Position numbers and translations under genes: made by a program
Shown here: in pieces, positions 1 through 6,982 of the stretch
How the letters are laid out: every line of letters starts with the position of its first letter
How positions within the stretch are numbered: position 1 is the first letter of the stretch
Assembly: GCA_964454175.1 (NCBI GenBank)
Contig: CAYVSA010000017.1
Span: 22,973 to 33,269 of the forward strand
Source of the DNA: an uncultured Pseudomonadota bacterium
Lineage (GTDB): Bacteria; BMS3Abin14
Direction: 5' to 3'
Length of the DNA: 10,297 nt
Notes under the pieces: generated by a model
The model's database searches: none
Seen by the model: the letters and a program-made list of their open reading frames with translations, nothing else
What the model was told of the DNA's origin: nothing

Positions 1-80
1 CCGGCTTTATGTATATTCCATACCGGTATATGACCAACTAAATTGGAGATGAACCGAAATCAGAAACTCGCCCCCTACAC

Positions 81-108
81 CTGGGTCTTGGGACTTGGGT
101 CATGGGAC
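81..108. repeat. Short tandem heptamer repeat (4 x NTGGGWC)
   Basis: ctgggtc-ttgggac-ttgggtc-atgggac, about 30 bp downstream of the permease stop. Confidence 0.75.
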
Positions 109-137
109 AGCGGTGTGCATATCACAGCGCACAAGCA

Positions 138-884
138 TTACAGCTTCGTCCACCTGCACAGCGTCCTGTCAGCAAGTTCTACTATCTCGTAGAGGATAAC
201 CCCTAAAATCCCCATTCCCACGATCCCGGCGTACATCTCGCTGTAATTGAGCCGGCTCCAGGCATCAAGGATGAAGTATCCCAGGCCTGTGTTGGTAGCG
301 AATGATTCAACGAAAAACAGGACGGCTATGGCTGTCCCGATCCCGATCCTGAGGGATGTGAGGATATTGGGAAGCACTGCGGGCAGGACCAGATGGCGGG
401 TCTTGTGCCATCGGTTGGCCCCGAGGGACCTCATGGAAAGTACATATTCCCTGGGAATTTCACGGGCAGCGTCTCTGGTAGTGACCAGGATCTGGAAGAA
501 CAGGATGAAACTTATAAGAAATATCTTCGAGCTGTCTCCGATTCCCAGCAGCAGAAGCACCAGGGGCAGGAATGCGATCTTGGGTACCGGGTAGGTGAGG
601 TAGACAACGGGAGACATCAGCGCGTCGGCGCGGGTGGAACGGCCCATGAATATGCCCAGGGGAACCGCTGAGACCAGGGCCAGGAACAGGCTCAACAGGA
701 CCCGGTATGCTGAAACCAGAAAATGCCATGCCATGGGCCCTTTTATGGATGCCGCAAAGGCCGCCATGACGTAATAGGGTGCGGGCAGGGCCTCGCTTGC
801 TAGAAGCATCGCCGAAACCTGCCATATGACCAGCAAGGCTGTTACGGCAAACAGGTATGGTGTTATCCTTGGCAGCCTTTTCAC
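138..884 (-). CDS. ABC transporter permease, NitT/TauT (SsuC/TauC-like) family
   Basis: 248 aa, about six hydrophobic segments, N-terminal 'IWQ..A..LPAP..V' pattern, 'P.PKIAFLPL', EAA-like loop 'EYVLSMRSLGA', 'LPAVLPNILTSLRIG' and 'GLGYFI'. GTG start directly follows the ATPase TAG, with GGAGGA 7 nt upstream. Confidence 0.93.
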   Translation of the reverse strand: MKRLPRITPYLFAVTALLVIWQVSAMLLASEALPAPYYVMAAFAASIKGPMAWHFLVSAYRVLLSLFLALVSAVPLGIFMGRSTRADALMSPVVYLTYPVPKIAFLPLVLLLLGIGDSSKIFLISFILFFQILVTTRDAAREIPREYVLSMRSLGANRWHKTRHLVLPAVLPNILTSLRIGIGTAIAVLFFVESFATNTGLGYFILDAWSRLNYSEMYAGIVGMGILGVILYEIVELADRTLCRWTKL

Positions 885-1628
885 CTATTGTTCCTCCAGA
901 GCTTTTCGAACTTCGATGCAGCGGTCGTGAAACTCCTTCGTCAATCGGTAGGATTCGGTGCCCAGGCTGCTGTTTTCAATTGTCCTGAGTACCCTGCCTG
1001 GCCTGTGGGAAAGCACTATAATGCGTTTACCAAGAAATACGGCCTCCTCAATGCTGTGGGTTACAAGGATAAAGGTGAAGTCTCGTTCTTTCCAGAGCCG
1101 CAAAAGGATATGCTGAAGGGTCTCCCTGGTCATGGCGTCCAGCGCCGAAAATGGTTCATCCATGAGCAGCATGTCAGGATCCGTTGCAAGGGACCTCGCG
1201 ATGGCCACCCTTTGCCTCTGTCCTCCTGAAAGCTGGGCCGGGTAGCTGTCCCGCACATCCCAGATACCAAGTTCGGCCATCAGGTCCTTTGCGAGCCCTG
1301 TATACTCTTCCCTGGATACTCCGCGGATCTCGAGGCCAACGGTAACGTTGGAAAGAGCGTTCTTCCATGGGAATAGCCCGTGCTGCTGAAGAATGAGGCT
1401 GGTTGCCTTTCGGCCGCGCAGCGATGCTTCCCCGTCCACGCTGACCGACCCGACCGTTGGATAGACCAGTCCGGCCAGCAGGAAGAGCATCGTTGTTTTG
1501 CCGCAGCCGGTGGGGCCTATGATCACGCAAGGCTCCCCCCGGGCTATCTCGAGGTTGATGCTCTGCAGTGCAGAGTGGTCCCCGGCGCTGGTCTGGTAGG
1601 TGACGCTGGTGTTGGTAAATCTGATCAT
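885..1628 (-). CDS. ABC transporter ATP-binding protein, NitT/TauT (SsuB/TauB-like) family
   Basis: Walker A GPTGCGKT, signature LSGGQRQR, Walker B/D-loop LLMDEPFSALD, H-loop VTHSIEEAVFLG and 'RPGR', all typical of this family. GAGGAAG RBS-like sequence upstream. Confidence 0.95.
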   Translation of the reverse strand: MIRFTNTSVTYQTSAGDHSALQSINLEIARGEPCVIIGPTGCGKTTMLFLLAGLVYPTVGSVSVDGEASLRGRKATSLILQQHGLFPWKNALSNVTVGLEIRGVSREEYTGLAKDLMAELGIWDVRDSYPAQLSGGQRQRVAIARSLATDPDMLLMDEPFSALDAMTRETLQHILLRLWKERDFTFILVTHSIEEAVFLGKRIIVLSHRPGRVLRTIENSSLGTESYRLTKEFHDRCIEVRKALEEQ

Positions 1629-1672
1629 TGTCAGTGCTTCCTCGTTTTTCCAGAATGCTGTATTCAGTATCC

Positions 1673-1701
1673 AGACTAGCCATGCGTGATCGAAGGGCCA
1701 A
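1673..1701 (-). promoter_or_regulatory. Possible weak sigma70 promoter for the ABC genes
   Basis: Minus strand reads TTGGCC-N17-TAGTCT in the 100-bp ubiE/ATPase gap; 4/6 match in each box. Confidence 0.25.
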
Positions 1702-1728
1702 TTGCCAGATTTTCAAATTTCTAATGCT

Positions 1729-2436
1729 CTACCTACTACCAACATGCAGAAACGCAACTCCCCACGTAAGCGGTATATGACGCACGCCGGTGAAGCCCGC
1801 TTCCTCCATTTCACTGTCCAGGCCGGTCGGATTCGGAAAGTCGTCCACTGACCTGGGAAGATAGCGATAGGCCCCGGGATTCCCTGAAATGATCCCCCCC
1901 AGAAACGGCAGTACCCTGTGAAAGTAGAAGCGAAATGCAGCTCCGGTCACCGGGTGATCCATCGGGCTGAATTCAAGAATGATCAGCCTTCCCCCGGGTG
2001 CGAGCACCCTGAGTATCTCACCCAGGGCCCAGGCTCTGTCAGGAAGGTTCCTCAAGCCAAAGGCGATGGTAACGGCCTTGAACGCAGAGTCAGCAAAGGG
2101 CATGGACATGGCATCTCCTGCTGTAAGATGCAGCCGCGTTGAGCCCCGGGACGCTAATTTCACCTTTGCCACTTTAAGCATTGGCATTGTGAAGTCGGCA
2201 CCGATGATCCTCCAGCTGTCCCCAAGACACCTGTCGAGGGTAAGCATTACATCCCCTGTCCCCGTGGCGAGATCCAGCACTGCTCCCTGGCTCCCGGAAG
2301 GCATCTGCGAAGCAAGCTTTCTGCGCCACCTCACGTCAACTCCAAAGCTCAACAGCCTGTTCAGAAGATCGTATCGCTTCGCGATGGACGAGAACATATT
2401 CTTTATATTTTCAGATCCTCTCTTTTGCGAGGGCAT
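1729..2436 (-). CDS. ubiE: Demethylmenaquinone / ubiquinone-menaquinone biosynthesis C-methyltransferase (UbiE/MenG)
   Basis: 'MFSSIAKRYDLLNRLLSFGVDVRWRR', SAM motif I 'VLDLATGTGD', 'GADFT..ML', 'GDAMSMPFAD', 'IAFGLRN', 'RVLAPGG..ILEFS', 'AYRYLPRSV..FP'. Confidence 0.95.
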   Translation of the reverse strand: MPSQKRGSENIKNMFSSIAKRYDLLNRLLSFGVDVRWRRKLASQMPSGSQGAVLDLATGTGDVMLTLDRCLGDSWRIIGADFTMPMLKVAKVKLASRGSTRLHLTAGDAMSMPFADSAFKAVTIAFGLRNLPDRAWALGEILRVLAPGGRLIILEFSPMDHPVTGAAFRFYFHRVLPFLGGIISGNPGAYRYLPRSVDDFPNPTGLDSEMEEAGFTGVRHIPLTWGVAFLHVGSR

Positions 2437-2505
2437 GCTTTTATCGGGTTCCTTTCAGATGTGTTCAGTTTGAGCCTCCGGCCTGAAAATCGCCGACAGG
2501 GGGAA

Positions 2506-2534
2506 AATATAGCCTATATACGGTGCTTTGTTAA
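2506..2534 (-). promoter_or_regulatory. Putative sigma70 promoter of ubiE
   Basis: Minus strand reads TTAACA-N17-TATATT (5/6 and 5/6), about 70 bp upstream of the ATG. Confidence 0.5.
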
Positions 2535-2626
2535 ATAGTTTGAGCCGGAGCACATCTGACTGACGCCATGACCATTAAATTGCCATTCTGCGATCTGCCT
2601 GGGTCCTCCAGACTAATCAGGTTCCG

Positions 2627-2655
2627 TTGAAGTGTACTCACCAATGTTATATATT
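2627..2655 (+). promoter_or_regulatory. Putative sigma70 promoter of the PilZ gene
   Basis: TTGAAG(2627-2632)-N17-TATATT(2650-2655). It overlaps the ORF-track GTG at 2632, which favours the ATG at 2695 as the true start. Confidence 0.5.
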
Positions 2656-2694
2656 GGCGGACGATATCCACCTGAATTAGCGCGGGACCCGTTT

Positions 2695-2994
2695 ATGACC
2701 AAAAAGAAGATAAAAGAAAAACGCAAAAGTCCGCGGATGCAGATCCTTGCTGACGTGACTTACGAGTTCGGCAAAATGAAGCACAATGCGCAGATGTTGA
2801 ATGTCTCAGGGGGCGGTGCCTTCCTCCAAACGAGGGAAGTTCCGGAACTGGGTGAAGTGATCGAGATAAAGTCCGGGTTTCCCGGTGTCAGCCACACCTC
2901 TGCCGTCAGGAGTAAAGTGGTGTGGAGAAAAGAGGATGGGGACTCGCATGGACCCGCCGGTGTGGGGATCGAGTTCGTAGAATACGACTGGTGA
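2695..2994 (+). CDS. Stand-alone PilZ-domain protein (probable c-di-GMP receptor)
   Basis: 99 aa from ATG 2695. Both PilZ motifs are intact: RxxxR (RKSPR) and (D/N)xSxxG (NVSGGG). Also 'VVWR' and C-terminal 'GVGIEF'. Confidence 0.9.
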   Translation: MTKKKIKEKRKSPRMQILADVTYEFGKMKHNAQMLNVSGGGAFLQTREVPELGEVIEIKSGFPGVSHTSAVRSKVVWRKEDGDSHGPAGVGIEFVEYDW

Positions 2995-2997
2995 ACC

Positions 2998-3028
2998 AAA
3001 AAAGAAAAGAGCCGATAACGGCTCGTTT
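2998..3028 (-). terminator. Intrinsic terminator between the convergent PilZ and response-regulator genes
   Basis: Stem GAGCCG(3009-3014)-ATAA-CGGCTC(3019-3024). The A-rich run at 2998-3008 gives a U tract on the minus strand; a short GTTT on the plus side suggests it may be bidirectional. Confidence 0.75.
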
Positions 3029-3062
3029 CAATCTGAATACTGTGCTTATTTCCTGTCGATAT

Positions 3063-3473
3063 CTATACTATATTCCTTAAGATGATATCTGAGAGTTCGT
3101 CCATGTCCACCGGTTTTTCAATGTAACCTACGAACCCCTCTTCGAGAACTTCATTTTTGCGATATGTATTGACAAAGGCAGTGAGGGCAACAACTGGGAT
3201 ACCTCCAGTTTCAGGGTCGCTCCTGAGTTGATTTACAGCTTCGATCCCATTCACTACCGGCATCATGAGGTCCATCAGGATCAGGTCGGGCATGTTTTCT
3301 TTTGCAGACCTTACGGCTTCCTCTCCGTTTTCGGCAGTAGTGATCTCGACTTCGAGGCTGCGGGTGAGCATGTCGTTAAGAACCCAGAGAACATCGGGAT
3401 TATCGTCCACAAGAAGGACTTTTCGTCCCCTGATAATAGCTTTCCTATCGATTAACTTGGTTCCTGACTCCAT
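3063..3473 (-). CDS. Single-domain response regulator (CheY/DivK-like receiver)
   Basis: VLLVDD, phospho-acceptor in 'PDLILMDLMMP..NG', 'IPVVALTA', 'GYIEKP'. No output domain. GGAGG RBS upstream of the ATG. Confidence 0.92.
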   Translation of the reverse strand: MESGTKLIDRKAIIRGRKVLLVDDNPDVLWVLNDMLTRSLEVEITTAENGEEAVRSAKENMPDLILMDLMMPVVNGIEAVNQLRSDPETGGIPVVALTAFVNTYRKNEVLEEGFVGYIEKPVDMDELSDIILRNIV

Positions 3474-3795
3474 GAACCCTCCAGCATGAAGATATTCGAA
3501 TTATACAAAAATAGTATATCTATTAAAAGTATTATTTTTTTACAGTTGCGTTTCCTGCATTATAATCGCAGAAGGAAGAAAAAAATACACTGTAGACCAG
3601 GTTTTCACGGAAATATAATTTATCATGGAGCTGAACCTTTCTCCGATTTTACAGGTCAATTACTAATACTGTCGTCAGGGGTTGGTGTTACGTGGGTGTT
3701 GAAATATGTCCGGTGCCAGGGTCAGGGGAGGTTCCGACCCAGAGTAAGGCCTTGGGCTGTAAACCAGAAACCAGAAACTATTCCATCGATCCTGG

Positions 3796-3813
3796 ATCTG
3801 TTGATCAACAGAT
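3796..3813. repeat. Perfect 18-bp palindrome ATCTGTTGATCAACAGAT
   Basis: Read directly from the sequence; separated by one base from the HD-GYP gene stop codon (3815-3817). Confidence 0.9.
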
Positions 3814-3814
3814 G

Positions 3815-6034
3815 TCAGCTCTTCTGTGGGAGCCTGATAAACTCTCTGGCTATCTTGAGGTCCCACATACCTTTTTGGGCCTCTGCTATAAGTATCCGGG
3901 CGGCCTCATCTCCCGAGAAGGCCGGCCTGTAGGGCCTTCTGCGGGTGAGCGTGTCGTACACATCGACTATGGAAACAATGCGTGCCGTAGTCGGGATACT
4001 GTCACCCCTGAGGCCCTCTGGATATCCCCTGCCGTCCATTCTCTCGTGGTGATTCTTGATGATCGGGAGGGCAGGCTCCAGTATGCTGAAACCCCTGCAG
4101 AGGTCGATCCCCATCCGTGGGTGAGATTTTACTATGGCGTATTCCTCGGAGGAAAGCATACGGGTTTTGGATAGTATTTTCCCTGGAATAAAGAGTTTTC
4201 CCACATCGTGTAGCAGGCCGCCCCACTTTAGTGCATCAATGTCTCTTTCTTTAAGTCCAAGACGGTTCCCGAGCCTCATCGCCCAGACTGCGACATTTTG
4301 AGAGTGTCCCACAAGGTCCACATCCCCTTCCTCCATGAGTTTGACCAGCCTCATGATAAAGCTTTCAACCTCCCTGTGATCAGACTGTGCCTGCATCTCG
4401 TCGAGGGATTTGCGCAGCCTGCGTATCAGGTAGTTGCTTCCCGACCCCGGTGGAACATAGTCGGCGTCTGCAGGCAGGTCAGTAGGATCGAATTCCTCCA
4501 AATTGCCAGAGTAGCGAACGATCACCGGTGTGGCCGGGTCTTGCAGAACCGGCAGGATCTGCTGGGCAAGGTCCGGGATGCGGTCAAGATCACCCTGTAT
4601 TATTACAGCGCTGGCATTGAGTGTTTCGGGGACATCGTCACTTTTAAAGACAAAGGCCTCCGCGTTGGTAAATCCTTCTTCTTTGAGTCTCTGAACGAGA
4701 TTGATACCGCTTGGATCGCCCACAACCAGGATCCGGTTGTTGTCTTCTGAATCCTTATTCGCCAGGGTGGGCCCCCCTGATCCGACCAGTTTGAGTTTTT
4801 TGCGTATTTCATTTGAGTCCCATCCTTCTTCTCCCACCGAGACCATAGCTGATTTTATCTCCCACGGCGGGACATTGTTAACTTCGGCTCTTGAAATAAT
4901 ACGTGAGAGGGCTGCCTGGGCACCCTGGGACTGAGTTTCCGGAAGGATCAGGGAAATATCAGACTGTCCTGTGACGAAAACAAGATCGAAATTTCTCATT
5001 GTCGAGTAAACAGTCGTGGCAAGCCGGTAGAAATTCCCCCTGCTGGCCAGTCTCAGCCGGAGGACCGTAAAGGGAAGATCAGCTCTCTGTGACCACCTGA
5101 TAAGCTCCGGGTAGGCAAAGCGGAAAAACTCTTCTCCAGGGATCCCGGTCTCCTGATCACACAATCCAGCCTGGTTGAGTATCTGCATATTGCCTGACAA
5201 GCGCATGTGGCCAGCCTGCCTGGCCAGGAGCCTCCTAACCCTGGTGACAACCTCCACCCGGTTTATGGGTTTGACCAGATAATCATCAGGGCCGGCTTCC
5301 AGACCAACGATCCTGTTGTCGAGTTCCGGAAGAGAGGTGAGCATCAGAAGGGGGATGGTCCTCGTATTGAGCTGTGTTTTCAGGTAGCGGCACAACTCCA
5401 GACCGTCCTGTTCAGGGAAAAGGAAGTCCACAATAACCAGTTGGGGGGCGTCCTTTTTGATCAGAACGAGGGCCTCAGCCGGGGACTGGGCTCGCACCGC
5501 ATGACAGGGAATACTGGTGATTAGATCGCCGATCTCCTTGAGCTGCGCTGTTTCGTCTTCTACGAGCAGGACTGTTGGCTGGAGGATGTCGGGTACGAAA
5601 GGTTCAAAGTGCTTCTGCCGGAGGAACATCTCCTGTATGCGGATCTGACCCAGAAGCTGCCTGTTTCTGAGAAGGGATTTAACCCTGGCATGGAGTTCGA
5701 GCGTGTTTACCGGACGCATGAGTGTGTCGTCCATGCCCTCTCTAAGGGAGAGGGGGACCGAGCTGGAATCCTCATCGTCCATAAGCAGAAGGAAGGGCAG
5801 GGGAGATGCGCCTTCGATGTGGTGCAGAAGGTTGGAAAATTCGGGCGAATCAGAATCAGCCTGGCTATGGTCTACGATGATCAGATGGGGGACTCCCTCG
5901 TGGACCTTCTCAGCTGCCTGGCCGGGATCGTGCACGGCTGTTACATTGTAATCCGCTCCCAAGAGCTGGGCACGCAGTACGTTCCTCTCGTCGGCATCAG
6001 GATCAATAATGTAGATCAGCGGTTTCCAGGACAT
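3815..6034 (-). CDS. Multidomain response-regulator cyclic-dinucleotide phosphodiesterase: degenerate REC - REC - degenerate GGDEF - REC-like - HD-GYP
   Basis: REC2 is canonical (VLLVED, VIVD, MLTS, YLVKP). GGDEF remnants are 'DQETGI' and 'RNFD-LVFVT-GQSDI-SLILPET'. HD-GYP motifs: GHS, LLHDVGK, HP..G, HHERMDGRGYPEGL, ARI..IVDVYD, RPYR. Confidence 0.9.
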   Translation of the reverse strand: MSWKPLIYIIDPDADERNVLRAQLLGADYNVTAVHDPGQAAEKVHEGVPHLIIVDHSQADSDSPEFSNLLHHIEGASPLPFLLLMDDEDSSSVPLSLREGMDDTLMRPVNTLELHARVKSLLRNRQLLGQIRIQEMFLRQKHFEPFVPDILQPTVLLVEDETAQLKEIGDLITSIPCHAVRAQSPAEALVLIKKDAPQLVIVDFLFPEQDGLELCRYLKTQLNTRTIPLLMLTSLPELDNRIVGLEAGPDDYLVKPINRVEVVTRVRRLLARQAGHMRLSGNMQILNQAGLCDQETGIPGEEFFRFAYPELIRWSQRADLPFTVLRLRLASRGNFYRLATTVYSTMRNFDLVFVTGQSDISLILPETQSQGAQAALSRIISRAEVNNVPPWEIKSAMVSVGEEGWDSNEIRKKLKLVGSGGPTLANKDSEDNNRILVVGDPSGINLVQRLKEEGFTNAEAFVFKSDDVPETLNASAVIIQGDLDRIPDLAQQILPVLQDPATPVIVRYSGNLEEFDPTDLPADADYVPPGSGSNYLIRRLRKSLDEMQAQSDHREVESFIMRLVKLMEEGDVDLVGHSQNVAVWAMRLGNRLGLKERDIDALKWGGLLHDVGKLFIPGKILSKTRMLSSEEYAIVKSHPRMGIDLCRGFSILEPALPIIKNHHERMDGRGYPEGLRGDSIPTTARIVSIVDVYDTLTRRRPYRPAFSGDEAARILIAEAQKGMWDLKIAREFIRLPQKS

Positions 6035-6130
6035 CCTAAACGCGTATTAGAGCAAAAGTTCTTGAAAAACACAATTACCCTGAAAACTTTGCCGCTACCG
6101 GTTAACCACCGCGTTTCCAGCCAGCTCAAA

Positions 6131-6982
6131 TCAGGGGGCGATCCTGAAGTGGTCTATCACCCTGGCCTGCTCGTCGATCACATCTACAGACAGAGCGCCG
6201 TCCTCGTTACCGTAAAGTACGCAGAAGTGGTGTTCCCTGGCGAATATACGGCTAAAAGTGTTTTTCCTGGACTGACCTCTGAGCGGAGCGCCTCCCCCCC
6301 CGGAGACTATATACGGGATGCCGTTTACTACCGAACGTTCGTAATCGTGGTCGTGGCCGGAAAAAACAAGATCAACGCCCAACCGCTCAAAAAGGGGGAC
6401 AATCGTGTTTTTCAATCCTTTCTGGTCTTTACCGTGCCGCCCGGTACTGAAGGGCGGGTGATGAAATACAGCCACAATATACTTTGTCCCTGGGCCTGGA
6501 GAAGAAAGATCTTCGGCCAGCCAGCGGTACTGAGGGGAGCCTGGTGAGAGGTCTGAGCCGGTGTCCAGAACAGTAAAGTGGATCCCGGCAATTTCAACTG
6601 AGTACCATCGTTCGTTGCCGGGCAGCGTAAAGTTGTCAAAAAACAGTCTGGAAGCTTTCTCATGATTACCCAGGGCAGGGTAAAAAGGCGTGCCCGGCGG
6701 CAGCCGGGAGATGATTTTATTGAACGTTTTCCAATGCCCGGGGTTTGTCCCGCTGCTCACAAGGTCGCCGGTGTGAAAGACAGCTGCAGGGGCAATGCTT
6801 GATATGCCATCCATGATATTTTCATGGATGAGGTGGCCTGTCCTGCTGTCTCCGTAAACCGCTACGCCGCCTTTAAGTCGCGCAGGCAGGACACTCCAGT
6901 CTGAACCGTACGACATGCCGGCCAGGGCAGCCATGCAGATAACGGACACCAGCAAACTTGTGAGGATCCTGCGGGTCACCAT
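6131..6982 (-). CDS. Exported calcineurin-like metallophosphoesterase (purple-acid-phosphatase-like)
   Basis: N-terminal signal peptide (RR + hydrophobic stretch). Motifs YGDSR, HTGDLV, LGNHE, FHHP, SGHDHDYER, VSGGGGAPL. AAGGAAG RBS upstream. Confidence 0.9.
   Translation of the reverse strand: MVTRRILTSLLVSVICMAALAGMSYGSDWSVLPARLKGGVAVYGDSRTGHLIHENIMDGISSIAPAAVFHTGDLVSSGTNPGHWKTFNKIISRLPPGTPFYPALGNHEKASRLFFDNFTLPGNERWYSVEIAGIHFTVLDTGSDLSPGSPQYRWLAEDLSSPGPGTKYIVAVFHHPPFSTGRHGKDQKGLKNTIVPLFERLGVDLVFSGHDHDYERSVVNGIPYIVSGGGGAPLRGQSRKNTFSRIFAREHHFCVLYGNEDGALSVDVIDEQARVIDHFRIAP

Noticed and set aside
3486..4174. Plus-strand ORFs 3486-3932 and 3692-4174, and minus-strand ORF 3675-3866
   Set aside because: They translate AT-rich promoter and repeat DNA or overlap the HD-GYP gene; composition is not protein-like.
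4790..5170. Active diguanylate cyclase (PleD) assignment
   Set aside because: GG(D/E)EF is replaced by GQSDI and the upstream DxDxFKxxND motif is missing.
5609..6547. 312-aa plus-strand ORF
   Set aside because: Antisense to two well-supported genes and spans their intergenic gap; no motifs.
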